From contig JAWOBF010000061.1 in NCBI GenBank assembly GCA_046498225.1, positions 10,396 to 74,395 of the forward strand: DNA of 64,000 nt, read 5' to 3'. The notes under the pieces are model-generated. The model was not told the DNA's origin. It saw only the letters and a program-made list of their open reading frames with translations, and did no database searches. Source of the stretch: Candidatus Aegiribacteria sp. GTDB lineage: Bacteria > Fermentibacterota > Fermentibacteria > Fermentibacterales > JCC-6. The position numbers and the translations under genes were made by a program. Within the stretch, counting starts at the first letter, position 1; each line of letters opens with the position of its first letter. Positions 56,272 through 64,000 of this stretch are shown here, one piece after another.

Positions 56272-56718
56272 TCATACCCTGACGGGCTCCCTGAAATACA
56301 CTGTCATCGCCGCTCCGGCTATGCACAGGATAATGCCGGTCACCTGCAGAGGGCTAAGCTTCTCCTTCAGCACCAGCACTCCAAGCAGGACTCCCAGGAC
56401 CGGGGCGAGGCAGAAGGCTATGGTCATCACGGTTGAAAGCTGTCCATGTTTCAGGCCGGTGTAGAGGAACATTATTCCCAGCCCCCCGGAGATGACCCCT
56501 CCTCCCACAGCCACCAGAACCAGCGGCCTCAACCCCGCGGTCCTGAGTTCTCCCCAGTAGGGCCGCGAAAGAGCCGCTACCAGGAGAAGGCTGAAGAAGG
56601 TCCTTACGGCGGTTCCCATCACCGGGGTCAGGTTCCCCAGCCTGATACCTGTCTTCTCTATGAGCGAACCCACCGCCCAGCAGAGGGCTGTCATAAAAGC
56701 GTAGAATTCCGGCTGCAA
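56272..56718 (-). CDS. EamA/DMT family small transporter
   Basis: About five TMs, LKEKLS motif; TTG start with AAAGGA SD. Confidence 0.85.
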   Translation of the reverse strand: MQPEFYAFMTALCWAVGSLIEKTGIRLGNLTPVMGTAVRTFFSLLLVAALSRPYWGELRTAGLRPLVLVAVGGGVISGGLGIMFLYTGLKHGQLSTVMTIAFCLAPVLGVLLGVLVLKEKLSPLQVTGIILCIAGAAMTVYFREPVRV

Positions 56719-56746
56719 TGCTATTCCTTTCGTAACATTTTTCAGT

Positions 56747-58144
56747 TCATCTACCTCTGAAACAGTAAGTGCAGAGCTTTTCCTCCGGAAGCCCGATGGC
56801 CTCAACCAGGTCCTCCAGCCTCTGGTAGGCCAGTGTGTCCAGTCCAAGTCTCTTCCTTATCACCTCCACCATGGCCGCGTAATCGGAGGAATCCGGGTCC
56901 AGGTAGGCCGGGAGAACATTTTCCGAGTCTCCTTCCAGATCATGAATGGCCTTTCTGGCCGCCAGGTCCATCACGGACCTGGACCGGGAGAAGTTAAGGT
57001 ACCTGCAACTGAAGAGCAGTGGCGGGCAGGCGGCCCTTATATGCACTTCCGCGGCCCCTGAATCGAAGAGTCTTTCGGCTGTTCCCTTCAGTTGTGTGCC
57101 GCGGACGATGGAATCCTCGCAGAACAGAAGCCTGCTGCCCTGTATGAGTTCTTTGACTGGTATGAGCTTCATTCTGGCCACCAGGTCCCTTACCTGCTGG
57201 TTCTGGGGCATGAAGCTCCTGGGCCAGGTGGGAGTATACTTGACGAATGGCCTTTTGAACGGTACTCCGGAATGGTTCGCGTATCCCACCGCGTGGCCGG
57301 TGCCGGAATCGGGTACTCCGGCCACCATGTCAACCTCGGTATCGTCCCGCCGGGCCAGACGCTCTCCGCATCTGTTCCTGGCGTCCTCCACGTTCACACC
57401 CTCGTAGTTGGAGGCGGGAAATCCGTAGTACACCCAGAGGAAGGAACACATCCGCATCCTCTTCCCCGGTTCGCTCATCTGCTGGAATCCGTCCTCGGTA
57501 AGAAGCGCGATCTCACCCGGTCCCAGTTCCCTCTCCAGACTGTAACCGAGATTGGGCAGAGCGCATGTTTCGAAAGTTGCGGCGGTCGCGCCCTCCTTTA
57601 TTCCTATGGCAACAGGTGTTCGTCCCAGCCTGTCCCTGGATGCGTAGATACCCTCATCCGTAAGCAGCAGGACGGAACATGACCCGTCAATGGTCTCCTG
57701 TGCCCGCTTTAGCCCCGCTGTGAACGAATCCTCCTGATTGACAAGCATGGCTATGACCTCTGTGGGATTTACCTCTCCCCCGCTCATCTCGCTGAAATGC
57801 CCCGACCTTTTTCTGAAAACCTCACGGACGATATCGTCGAGGTTGTTCACCGCGCCCACCGTCACTATGGCGTACCTTCCGAGGTGTGAGCCGATGATGA
57901 GTGGCTGGTCCTCGTAGTCGCTAATTACACCTATACCCGTTCTTCCGCATAGCCGTGACAGGTCATCCTCGAACTTCGACCGGAACTGTGTACCGGTTAT
58001 GTCGTGAATGATACGGGTTATGCCTTCGCTGCCCCTTACAGCCATACCGCCGCGCATGGTGCCCAGGTGCGAATGGTAGTCGGTCCCGTAGAAGAGGTCG
58101 CTCCTGCAATCCGTTTTCGAGACCACTCCGAAGAAACCGCTCAT
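56747..58144 (-). CDS. purF: Amidophosphoribosyltransferase-like protein with Ser replacing the N-terminal Cys
   Basis: MSGFFG, VPDSG, EDSIVRGT, ACPP, CTYCF. Confidence 0.88.
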   Translation of the reverse strand: MSGFFGVVSKTDCRSDLFYGTDYHSHLGTMRGGMAVRGSEGITRIIHDITGTQFRSKFEDDLSRLCGRTGIGVISDYEDQPLIIGSHLGRYAIVTVGAVNNLDDIVREVFRKRSGHFSEMSGGEVNPTEVIAMLVNQEDSFTAGLKRAQETIDGSCSVLLLTDEGIYASRDRLGRTPVAIGIKEGATAATFETCALPNLGYSLERELGPGEIALLTEDGFQQMSEPGKRMRMCSFLWVYYGFPASNYEGVNVEDARNRCGERLARRDDTEVDMVAGVPDSGTGHAVGYANHSGVPFKRPFVKYTPTWPRSFMPQNQQVRDLVARMKLIPVKELIQGSRLLFCEDSIVRGTQLKGTAERLFDSGAAEVHIRAACPPLLFSCRYLNFSRSRSVMDLAARKAIHDLEGDSENVLPAYLDPDSSDYAAMVEVIRKRLGLDTLAYQRLEDLVEAIGLPEEKLCTYCFRGR

Positions 58145-58247
58145 GAAATATCCTCTCACTGAAAACGTAGATACCGGTAAGCACCCCGTGATTCGAAACA
58201 CTCGCCGATGAGATAATACCATTGCGCAGGGATGTCTATCTCAGCAT

Positions 58248-58274
58248 AAAAAAAGGGGAGGCGGAAGCCTCCCC
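58248..58274 (-). terminator. Intrinsic terminator
   Basis: 8-bp stem GGGGAGGC/GCCTCCCC plus T7 on the minus strand. Confidence 0.88.
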
Positions 58275-58294
58275 ATGACCGTCCATGCGGCCAG

Positions 58295-58708
58295 CTACTC
58301 GGACCTTCCGGGAAGTCCTTCAGTGAATGCGTCGAGCGATGAGCGCATCTGCTCTACGTCATCGGTTATAACGGAAGTCACGGCCTCTATCTCGCCCCTG
58401 GCCGCCTCCAGCTCTGCGCGGAGCTGATCCAGCTCTTCCTGCAGGCCGATAACGTCCGGGTCGGTTTCCCTCATCTCCTCCAGCTTCGCGGAGACATCCT
58501 CGAGAGCTGCCAGTTCGGGTATGAGCCATTTGAGCGAATCCGTTGCGGTTACCAGCTCATCCAGCTGGAGCTGTATGTCGTCGAGAATGCTCATTCCGGG
58601 GATCTCGAAATCAGGCACTTCCACACCGGGCACATCCGGCACCTCCGGCATTCCGAAAGCCATGGCGCCCGCCACGATAACGATTATCGATAACGTGAAC
58701 TTCTTCAT
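58295..58708 (-). CDS. Secreted acidic coiled-coil protein
   Basis: MKKFTLSIIVIV signal; VPD/VPG repeats; heptad-like helices; AAGGAGG SD; followed by a terminator. Confidence 0.8.
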   Translation of the reverse strand: MKKFTLSIIVIVAGAMAFGMPEVPDVPGVEVPDFEIPGMSILDDIQLQLDELVTATDSLKWLIPELAALEDVSAKLEEMRETDPDVIGLQEELDQLRAELEAARGEIEAVTSVITDDVEQMRSSLDAFTEGLPGRSE

Positions 58709-58801
58709 TTTCCCTCCTTTTGCGAGATTTAGTGATAAGCAACTCTAATCCGACCTCTCACCCGTGTAAAGGTCTGATGAAATGGAACAAGGCGGGACAG
58801 C

Positions 58802-58835
58802 AAAAAAAGTGGGCAGCCCGCGAAACGGGCTGCCC
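58802..58835 (-). terminator. Intrinsic terminator
   Basis: 10-bp stem GGGCAGCCCG/CGGGCTGCCC plus T7. Confidence 0.88.
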
Positions 58836-58859
58836 GGCACTTATGGGATATAATCCCTT

Positions 58860-59111
58860 TTAGCGCTTGTCGTGAGCGAAGTCCACTCTGATGCTGCGGC
58901 CGTCGAGCTCAGTGTCGTTCAGTGCTTCGACAGCTTCCCTGGCCTCGTCCTCGTTATCGTATGTAACGAATCCGAAACCGCGAGACCTGCCGGAATCACG
59001 TTCCTTGATGACCTTGGCCTCGGTAACGTTACCGTAAGGCTCAAAGGCTTCCTTGAGTTCCTTGTCCGTGGTTCCCCACGAAAGTCCGCCAACAAACAGT
59101 TTGTTATTCAA
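58860..59111 (-). CDS. Single-RRM RNA-binding protein
   Basis: RNP2 KLFVGGL and RNP1 RGFGFVTY; TTG start with GGAG SD. Confidence 0.95.
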   Translation of the reverse strand: MNNKLFVGGLSWGTTDKELKEAFEPYGNVTEAKVIKERDSGRSRGFGFVTYDNEDEAREAVEALNDTELDGRSIRVDFAHDKR

Positions 59112-59326
59112 GAATAACTCCATTCCCGAGGGTTCTATAACCCTCTATAACCAGGCTCTGACACCTGGCGCTTCGGACAGTCCGAAGCTCTCATCACCGG
59201 TAAAACAACCGGATTGCGCGACTCGAATAGTCGCATTATGGATATCAGATTGTCCTGAGAATGGGGGAACACGAATCTCAACATGAGCCTGTGGACCTGA
59301 CCAATTTTCAAAGACACTGTATCACG
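59112..59326 (-). promoter_or_regulatory. Long multi-hairpin 5' leader of the RRM gene
   Basis: Five to six tandem stem-loops between promoter and SD; boxA-like TCTTTGAAAATT at 59303-59314. Confidence 0.6.
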
Positions 59327-59332
59327 GGAGGT

Positions 59333-59360
59333 AATATAGACATAGGGTGGTTTATGTCAA
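59333..59360 (-). promoter_or_regulatory. Sigma70 promoter of the RRM gene
   Basis: TTGACA-16 nt-TATATT. Confidence 0.7.
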
Positions 59361-59421
59361 GTACTGCCAAGCATACCGAATAAATGACGGCACACATCCC
59401 CGCCCTTAAGTCATATATTTA

Positions 59422-59745
59422 TCAATATCCTCGGCAGCCCGCTCCGGAGTGGTACTCCCCAGCCGGCTCATAATCGGCAAGGATATCCTCTATCTCCGCC
59501 CTGGCCTCCTCTATTATGGCGTCTATCCTTTCCCGGTCTTCCTCGGAGAGGTCGTAACGGCCGAGACCCATCATCATCGAATGCCTGTCGCCGCACTCCT
59601 CCATTCTCACACCTTCACCGCTCCAGCATCCTTCATCGTACGTGCCGTGGCAGTCTCCGGGGTCACCGCCTGCGGCTTGCAGCGCTGGTCCGGCCAGCAG
59701 GGCCATTCCGGCAATTCCGGCCAGCAGCATCGTCCTGTTCAACAT
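59422..59745 (-). CDS. Small secreted protein, weakly Spy/CpxP-like
   Basis: Signal peptide; MMMGLGRYDLSEEDRERIDAI segment; AAAGGA SD. Confidence 0.6.
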   Translation of the reverse strand: MLNRTMLLAGIAGMALLAGPALQAAGGDPGDCHGTYDEGCWSGEGVRMEECGDRHSMMMGLGRYDLSEEDRERIDAIIEEARAEIEDILADYEPAGEYHSGAGCRGY

Positions 59746-59934
59746 AGCCTGTCCTTTCTGTTGATGGTTATTTCCTACAACAATGGTATGTATATAAAGA
59801 GCGACCGATTTGTTCCAGGGACCTCACTCCCCGGCTCGGCTTCGGATGATTCTTCCGTCTCCGGTACCATTGACGGTGCGTTCCCGCTAGAGATATTGTC
59901 TTGAAGACCCTTCAAATGAAATCCGGGGTATTTC

Positions 59935-60843
59935 ATGAGAACGCTCGTCCTGTTCCTTTCAGCCTTGCTTCTTCTGACGAACTGCGGTGAAGACGGCCCG
60001 GAACCCGACGCCACATCCGCCGAGTATCGATACCGGCTGGGTCTTGCCATAAGCATGGACACCACAACTTCCTTCTTCGCCTCCCTCCTTGACGGCGCCG
60101 AGGAATCCGCCGAAAGGCTGAACGCTGAAATAATCACTTTCAGCGCGGGAGAGGACGCCTCCCTCCAGTCGGAACAGATAATCGGGCTGGTCGGACTGGG
60201 AGTGGACGCTCTGCTTCTCAATCCGGTGAGCGACGCGGTGATACCCGCGGTGGAAGAGGTCTCCGCGATGAACGTCCCCGTTTTTACAATCGACCGCAGT
60301 GTCCACAGCGAGGCGGTTGTATGCCATATAGCGTCGGACAACAGGGCGGGAGGCAAAATGGCGGGAGACTACCTTGCCGAGTCTCTGCACAGAAGCGGCC
60401 GCTTAGTTGAGATAAGGGGTACCTCCGAATCCTCGGCCGCCCATGAACGCGGCCAGGGTTTCAGGGACGCGATGGAAGCCTACCCCGACATACAGATCGC
60501 AGTGTCTTTCGACGCCGACTTCTCCAGAAGCCTGGCAAGGGAGAGATTCGCTGAAATCCTGGAAGAGCACTCCGCCATAGACGGAGTCTTCGCCCACAAT
60601 GACGAGATGATACTGGGGGCTGCCCGGGCCGCCGGGCAGGCCGGCAGGACCGGAATTCTGTTCGTGGGGTTCGATGCCATCGATGAAGCCGTAACCGCCG
60701 TGGAGGACGGAAGGCTGCTGGCCACAGTGGCGCAGAAACCGGCCGAGATGGGGCGGCTTGGAGTGGAGACGGCCATACAGTTCGTGTCCGGCCGGCCTGT
60801 CCCAGATTCCATAACTGTCGACCTTGCGCTGATAATCAGATGA
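59935..60843 (+). CDS. RbsB-like sugar-binding lipoprotein (type I periplasmic binding protein)
   Basis: LLTNC lipobox; PVFTIDR, HIASDN, ERGQGF, FAHNDEMILGA, VGFD, ATVAQ. Confidence 0.9.
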   Translation: MRTLVLFLSALLLLTNCGEDGPEPDATSAEYRYRLGLAISMDTTTSFFASLLDGAEESAERLNAEIITFSAGEDASLQSEQIIGLVGLGVDALLLNPVSDAVIPAVEEVSAMNVPVFTIDRSVHSEAVVCHIASDNRAGGKMAGDYLAESLHRSGRLVEIRGTSESSAAHERGQGFRDAMEAYPDIQIAVSFDADFSRSLARERFAEILEEHSAIDGVFAHNDEMILGAARAAGQAGRTGILFVGFDAIDEAVTAVEDGRLLATVAQKPAEMGRLGVETAIQFVSGRPVPDSITVDLALIIR

Positions 60844-60864
60844 AAGAACATCGGAAGAACCATT

Positions 60865-63372
60865 ATGGGTAACCCCCTCTCCTCCAGGTCCGGTCTTTCC
60901 ATCAGAACAAGGACATTCATCGGATACGGCATGCTTGTGGCGCTGGCGCTTCTGGCTTCCATAATGGCCCTCGTGCACATGCATTTCGCGGAAAGGTCCA
61001 TTGATACCATCACCATGGGCTCGGTCAGGATGCAGAACATCGCGGAGATAAGGATGCACTGGGACCGTATGATGGTCACGCTGAACAGAATGCTCCTCAC
61101 CAGACAGAGTTCGATAGTGGAACAGGAGCTGGACGAGGCGATGTCCAGTATCATGAACGACATGCAGTTCCTCAGAACCTACCGGCAGGATGCGGAGGAC
61201 GGGGAATTCTTCGATAACCTTCTGGAATGCATGAAGTCCGCCGAATCAGCCGTTGATTCGATAGGCCGCGCCGCAACCCGGGGTCTCTGGGCAACCGCCC
61301 AGATAATGCATCACACCGAGCTCGCGTCCATTCAGAGGCGCATAGAGGACGAACTCACGATACTTCAGGAAAGCACCTCACGGCAGGTCGAGGCGGATAT
61401 AAAGTCCGCGGAAGACATAAAGAGCATGATAAGAAAGGGGTTGGGAGTAACCGCCGTCATGGTCCTTCTGCTGGGACCTTTAGCGGCTGTTCTTACGACT
61501 TCCAGCATCGTCCGTCCCATAGAGTACCTGGCTTCATCCGTGATGAAGCTGCAGCCCGACGGGCTGCAGAACCAGCTGGACGTCTCAAGGAACGATGAGA
61601 TAGGAGAGCTGGCCGAAGCGTACAACGCTATGACCAGGAGGCTTCACCAGGCGCTTGGGGGGCTCAGGGAGGAGATTCAGGCCCACACTAGAGCCAGGGA
61701 AGCCCTTCAGACGAGCGAATCCAGGTACCGGAACCTCTTCCAGCACTCCCCCATCGGTCTATGTGAACTGGATCTCTCCGGTATCATGGATATCCTCGCA
61801 GATGAAACAGTCGCCGCCCCGGACCTCCTCATGCACCGGCAGGATGATATCCTCAGCAGGCTGAAGGCCATAGATGTGAACAGGGCCACCCTGGAGCTAA
61901 TCGAGGTAGATGACATGTCGTCTCTGAAGGACCTGGGGGAATACCTCACTCATGACGGCAGAAGAGCAGTCATTGAAGCGCTTTCTGTCTTCGCGGCCGG
62001 AGGGGTCTATTACAGCTCGGAGACTGAAGCCGTCACATCCAGCGGCGAGACCAGGAACGTGATAGCTCACTTCGCCGTCCCTCCCGGCGGAGAGGAGAAT
62101 CTATCCAGGGTTTTCATCTCCATACAGGACATCACCGAGAGCAAGAATGTCGAAAAGGCTCTCAGGAGGTCGGAGGAACAGTATTACCATGCCCAGAAGA
62201 TGGAGGCTGTGGGAAGGCTTACAGGCGGCATAGCGCATGACTTCAACAACCTGCTGACGGTGATAATAAGCAACTGCGACATAGCTCTCATGAACCGGAA
62301 CATGGACGTGCAGCTGAGGAATCGGCTGGAACAGATACTGGGCGCCGCCACCCGGGCATCATCTGTGACGGAACAGCTGCTGGCCTTCAGTCATCAGCAG
62401 GTTTCGAACCCCGTCCCGGTGGATCCAGGCAGCCTGGTCCGGGAGATCTCGAGGATGCTCAGTCATACCATGGGAGAGGAAATCCAGCTGGTGGTAGAGC
62501 TGACCCCGGACCTTCCCGCGGTGATGGTGGACCCGGTGCAGATGGAGCAGGTGGTGCTCAACCTGGCGGTGAACGCCATGGATGCAATGCCGGAGGGGGG
62601 CCGTTTCCGGATAGCGACTTCATGCGTCACCGTGACGGAGTATGAGCACGGTGACGATACTTCTCCCCCGCCGGGGAGGTATGTGCTATTCCTGTTCGAG
62701 GATAACGGTTCAGGGATGGAGCAGGAAGTGCTGGAAAGGGCTTTCGATCCTTTCTTCACAACCAAGGAGCGGGGCAAGGGCACCGGTCTGGGTCTCGCCT
62801 CTGTGCATGGAATAGTCACAGACAGCGGAGGCTGGATCGAAGTGGATACAACACCGACCGAGGGCACGGTCTTCAAGGTCTATCTTCCCGCAACCGGAGA
62901 GCCGGCCGCGCCTGTGTTCGGGCGGCGGCCCGAGGATGCTCTAGACCGGGGTGAGGGAACCATTCTCCTGGTTGAGGACGAAAAAGGCGTAAGAGAGGTG
63001 GTTGCCAGCTCCCTCCGCCTTCACGGCTACAGGGTCCTCACAGCTGAGGAGTCCCGCAGCGCACTTGAACTGTTCAATGGGTCGGAGGATTCGATAGATC
63101 TTCTGCTTACCGATGTCGTCCTTCCGGGGAAGCTCAACGGCCTTCAGATAGCGGAGAGGATGAGGGAGTCCAGACCGGACCTGGCCGTTCTTCTCATGTC
63201 GGGATACGCCTTCGAAGCCATCTCCCGTAACGTCTCCCTTCCCGAGAACACCGCCTTCATCTCCAAACCCTTCTCCACCAGCCTCATGCTGGAAAAGATA
63301 TCCATGTTCATCCGCCGGGACCATGACAGCCATGCCGACCCCTTAAACTGCCCTGACCCGGACACGACCTGA
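60865..63372 (+). CDS. Hybrid sensor histidine kinase (TM-HAMP-PAS-HisKA-HATPase-REC)
   Basis: [41 protein letters not shown] domain LLTDVVLP. Confidence 0.95.
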   Translation: MGNPLSSRSGLSIRTRTFIGYGMLVALALLASIMALVHMHFAERSIDTITMGSVRMQNIAEIRMHWDRMMVTLNRMLLTRQSSIVEQELDEAMSSIMNDMQFLRTYRQDAEDGEFFDNLLECMKSAESAVDSIGRAATRGLWATAQIMHHTELASIQRRIEDELTILQESTSRQVEADIKSAEDIKSMIRKGLGVTAVMVLLLGPLAAVLTTSSIVRPIEYLASSVMKLQPDGLQNQLDVSRNDEIGELAEAYNAMTRRLHQALGGLREEIQAHTRAREALQTSESRYRNLFQHSPIGLCELDLSGIMDILADETVAAPDLLMHRQDDILSRLKAIDVNRATLELIEVDDMSSLKDLGEYLTHDGRRAVIEALSVFAAGGVYYSSETEAVTSSGETRNVIAHFAVPPGGEENLSRVFISIQDITESKNVEKALRRSEEQYYHAQKMEAVGRLTGGIAHDFNNLLTVIISNCDIALMNRNMDVQLRNRLEQILGAATRASSVTEQLLAFSHQQVSNPVPVDPGSLVREISRMLSHTMGEEIQLVVELTPDLPAVMVDPVQMEQVVLNLAVNAMDAMPEGGRFRIATSCVTVTEYEHGDDTSPPPGRYVLFLFEDNGSGMEQEVLERAFDPFFTTKERGKGTGLGLASVHGIVTDSGGWIEVDTTPTEGTVFKVYLPATGEPAAPVFGRRPEDALDRGEGTILLVEDEKGVREVVASSLRLHGYRVLTAEESRSALELFNGSEDSIDLLLTDVVLPGKLNGLQIAERMRESRPDLAVLLMSGYAFEAISRNVSLPENTAFISKPFSTSLMLEKISMFIRRDHDSHADPLNCPDPDTT

Positions 63373-63454
63373 CAGAAACCATTCCCGCAATTCCTGGCGG
63401 AGCAGTTAATGACGGATACTCATAAGCCTGGTGACTGCCTGGCTACAGCAGAAG

Positions 63455-64000
63455 TCATCGTTTCGCGTATTCCGCCGCCTTGATGCCCGCCCACGTCGAG
63501 TTTTCGATTGCCGTAGTAACGTAAGCTGTCACGGTCATGTAGTAGAGTTGGAGCGTGGAAGTCGCGGAACCTCCGAATGCGGATGCATAGACACTGAACT
63601 TGAAAGCCAGGTAATCCCCCTCTTCCGCTGGAAAACTGACGGACGAAGTATCTCTGGACGATCTGTAGGGAAATCCCCAGCTCTGGGAAAAGGAGAAGAT
63701 GGTTTGCGATGATCCATTATGATAAGCCCAGCCATAAACGCTGGCGTAGGCCTCGCCCGTGGTGAAATATCCGTTCAGGGTATGATCTTGCGAAACCTGG
63801 ATGAGCACCGAATCCGTTCCTGCGGGCAGCATTATGGTCTCCGAGTCGGATTCCATCGCCGCATAGTTGCTCACAGGCGGCCCGCCGGAAGCGCTTACGG
63901 CCACCGCCGCCCCCCCGGATCCGAAACTCCACTCCGGGTCGGCCGTCCAATCCTCCGGCAAGGTCTGGAAGTCGTAGGTGTAGACCACGTCAGCCAGAAG
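63455..64000 (-). CDS. Probable secreted beta-rich protein with C-terminal TWAGIK motif (5' end outside window)
   Basis: Frame open to the window edge; ends ENSTWAGIKAAEYAKR. Confidence 0.7.
   Translation of the reverse strand, partial: LLADVVYTYDFQTLPEDWTADPEWSFGSGGAAVAVSASGGPPVSNYAAMESDSETIMLPAGTDSVLIQVSQDHTLNGYFTTGEAYASVYGWAYHNGSSQTIFSFSQSWGFPYRSSRDTSSVSFPAEEGDYLAFKFSVYASAFGGSATSTLQLYYMTVTAYVTTAIENSTWAGIKAAEYAKR

Noticed and set aside
59128..59280. Tandem hairpins as a CRISPR or REP array
   Set aside because: The stems share no repeated sequence and no cas genes are present.

Overview
GC-rich bacterial chromosomal window with no CRISPR array, rRNA or mobile element. Positions 1-48.3 kb are an almost unbroken run of minus-strand, often translationally coupled genes. 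In transcription order these are an MsbA-like ABC transporter, GT9, mutS, a GT2/GT4/GT-C glycosylation cluster, a sensor kinase with an NtrC-type regulator, gatE-gatD, hpf-hprK-ptsH-ptsI, a sugar nucleotidyltransferase, two GT4s, a Gx transporter, DUF4321, tatA, mglA, a Zn-finger membrane protein, topA-xerC-DUF2723-hslV-hslU, a second mglA, a DPY19/STT3-like GT-C, dapF, tRNA-Gly(CCC), a CDP-alcohol phosphatidyltransferase and GT9 proteins. The right part holds an ECF sigma/anti-sigma/pseudo-HtrA operon, a sulfatase-like protein, a methyltransferase, a purF lacking its catalytic Cys, an RRM protein with a highly structured leader, an RbsB-like binding protein paired with a hybrid kinase, and secreted proteins sharing a C-terminal TWAGIK motif. 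LPS-type genes suggest a diderm, and the TWAGIK tail is reminiscent of FCB-related candidate phyla such as Fermentibacterota (inference only). The most notable items are: an archaeal-type GatDE amidotransferase in a bacterial core region; a DPY19-like putative C-mannosyltransferase among four GT-C proteins; two MglA GTPases with no MglB, one coupled to an L7/L12-CTD-like Zn-finger membrane protein; a tRNA lying in frame inside an ORF; and several structured leaders. All family assignments come from motif recognition by eye; no searches were run.
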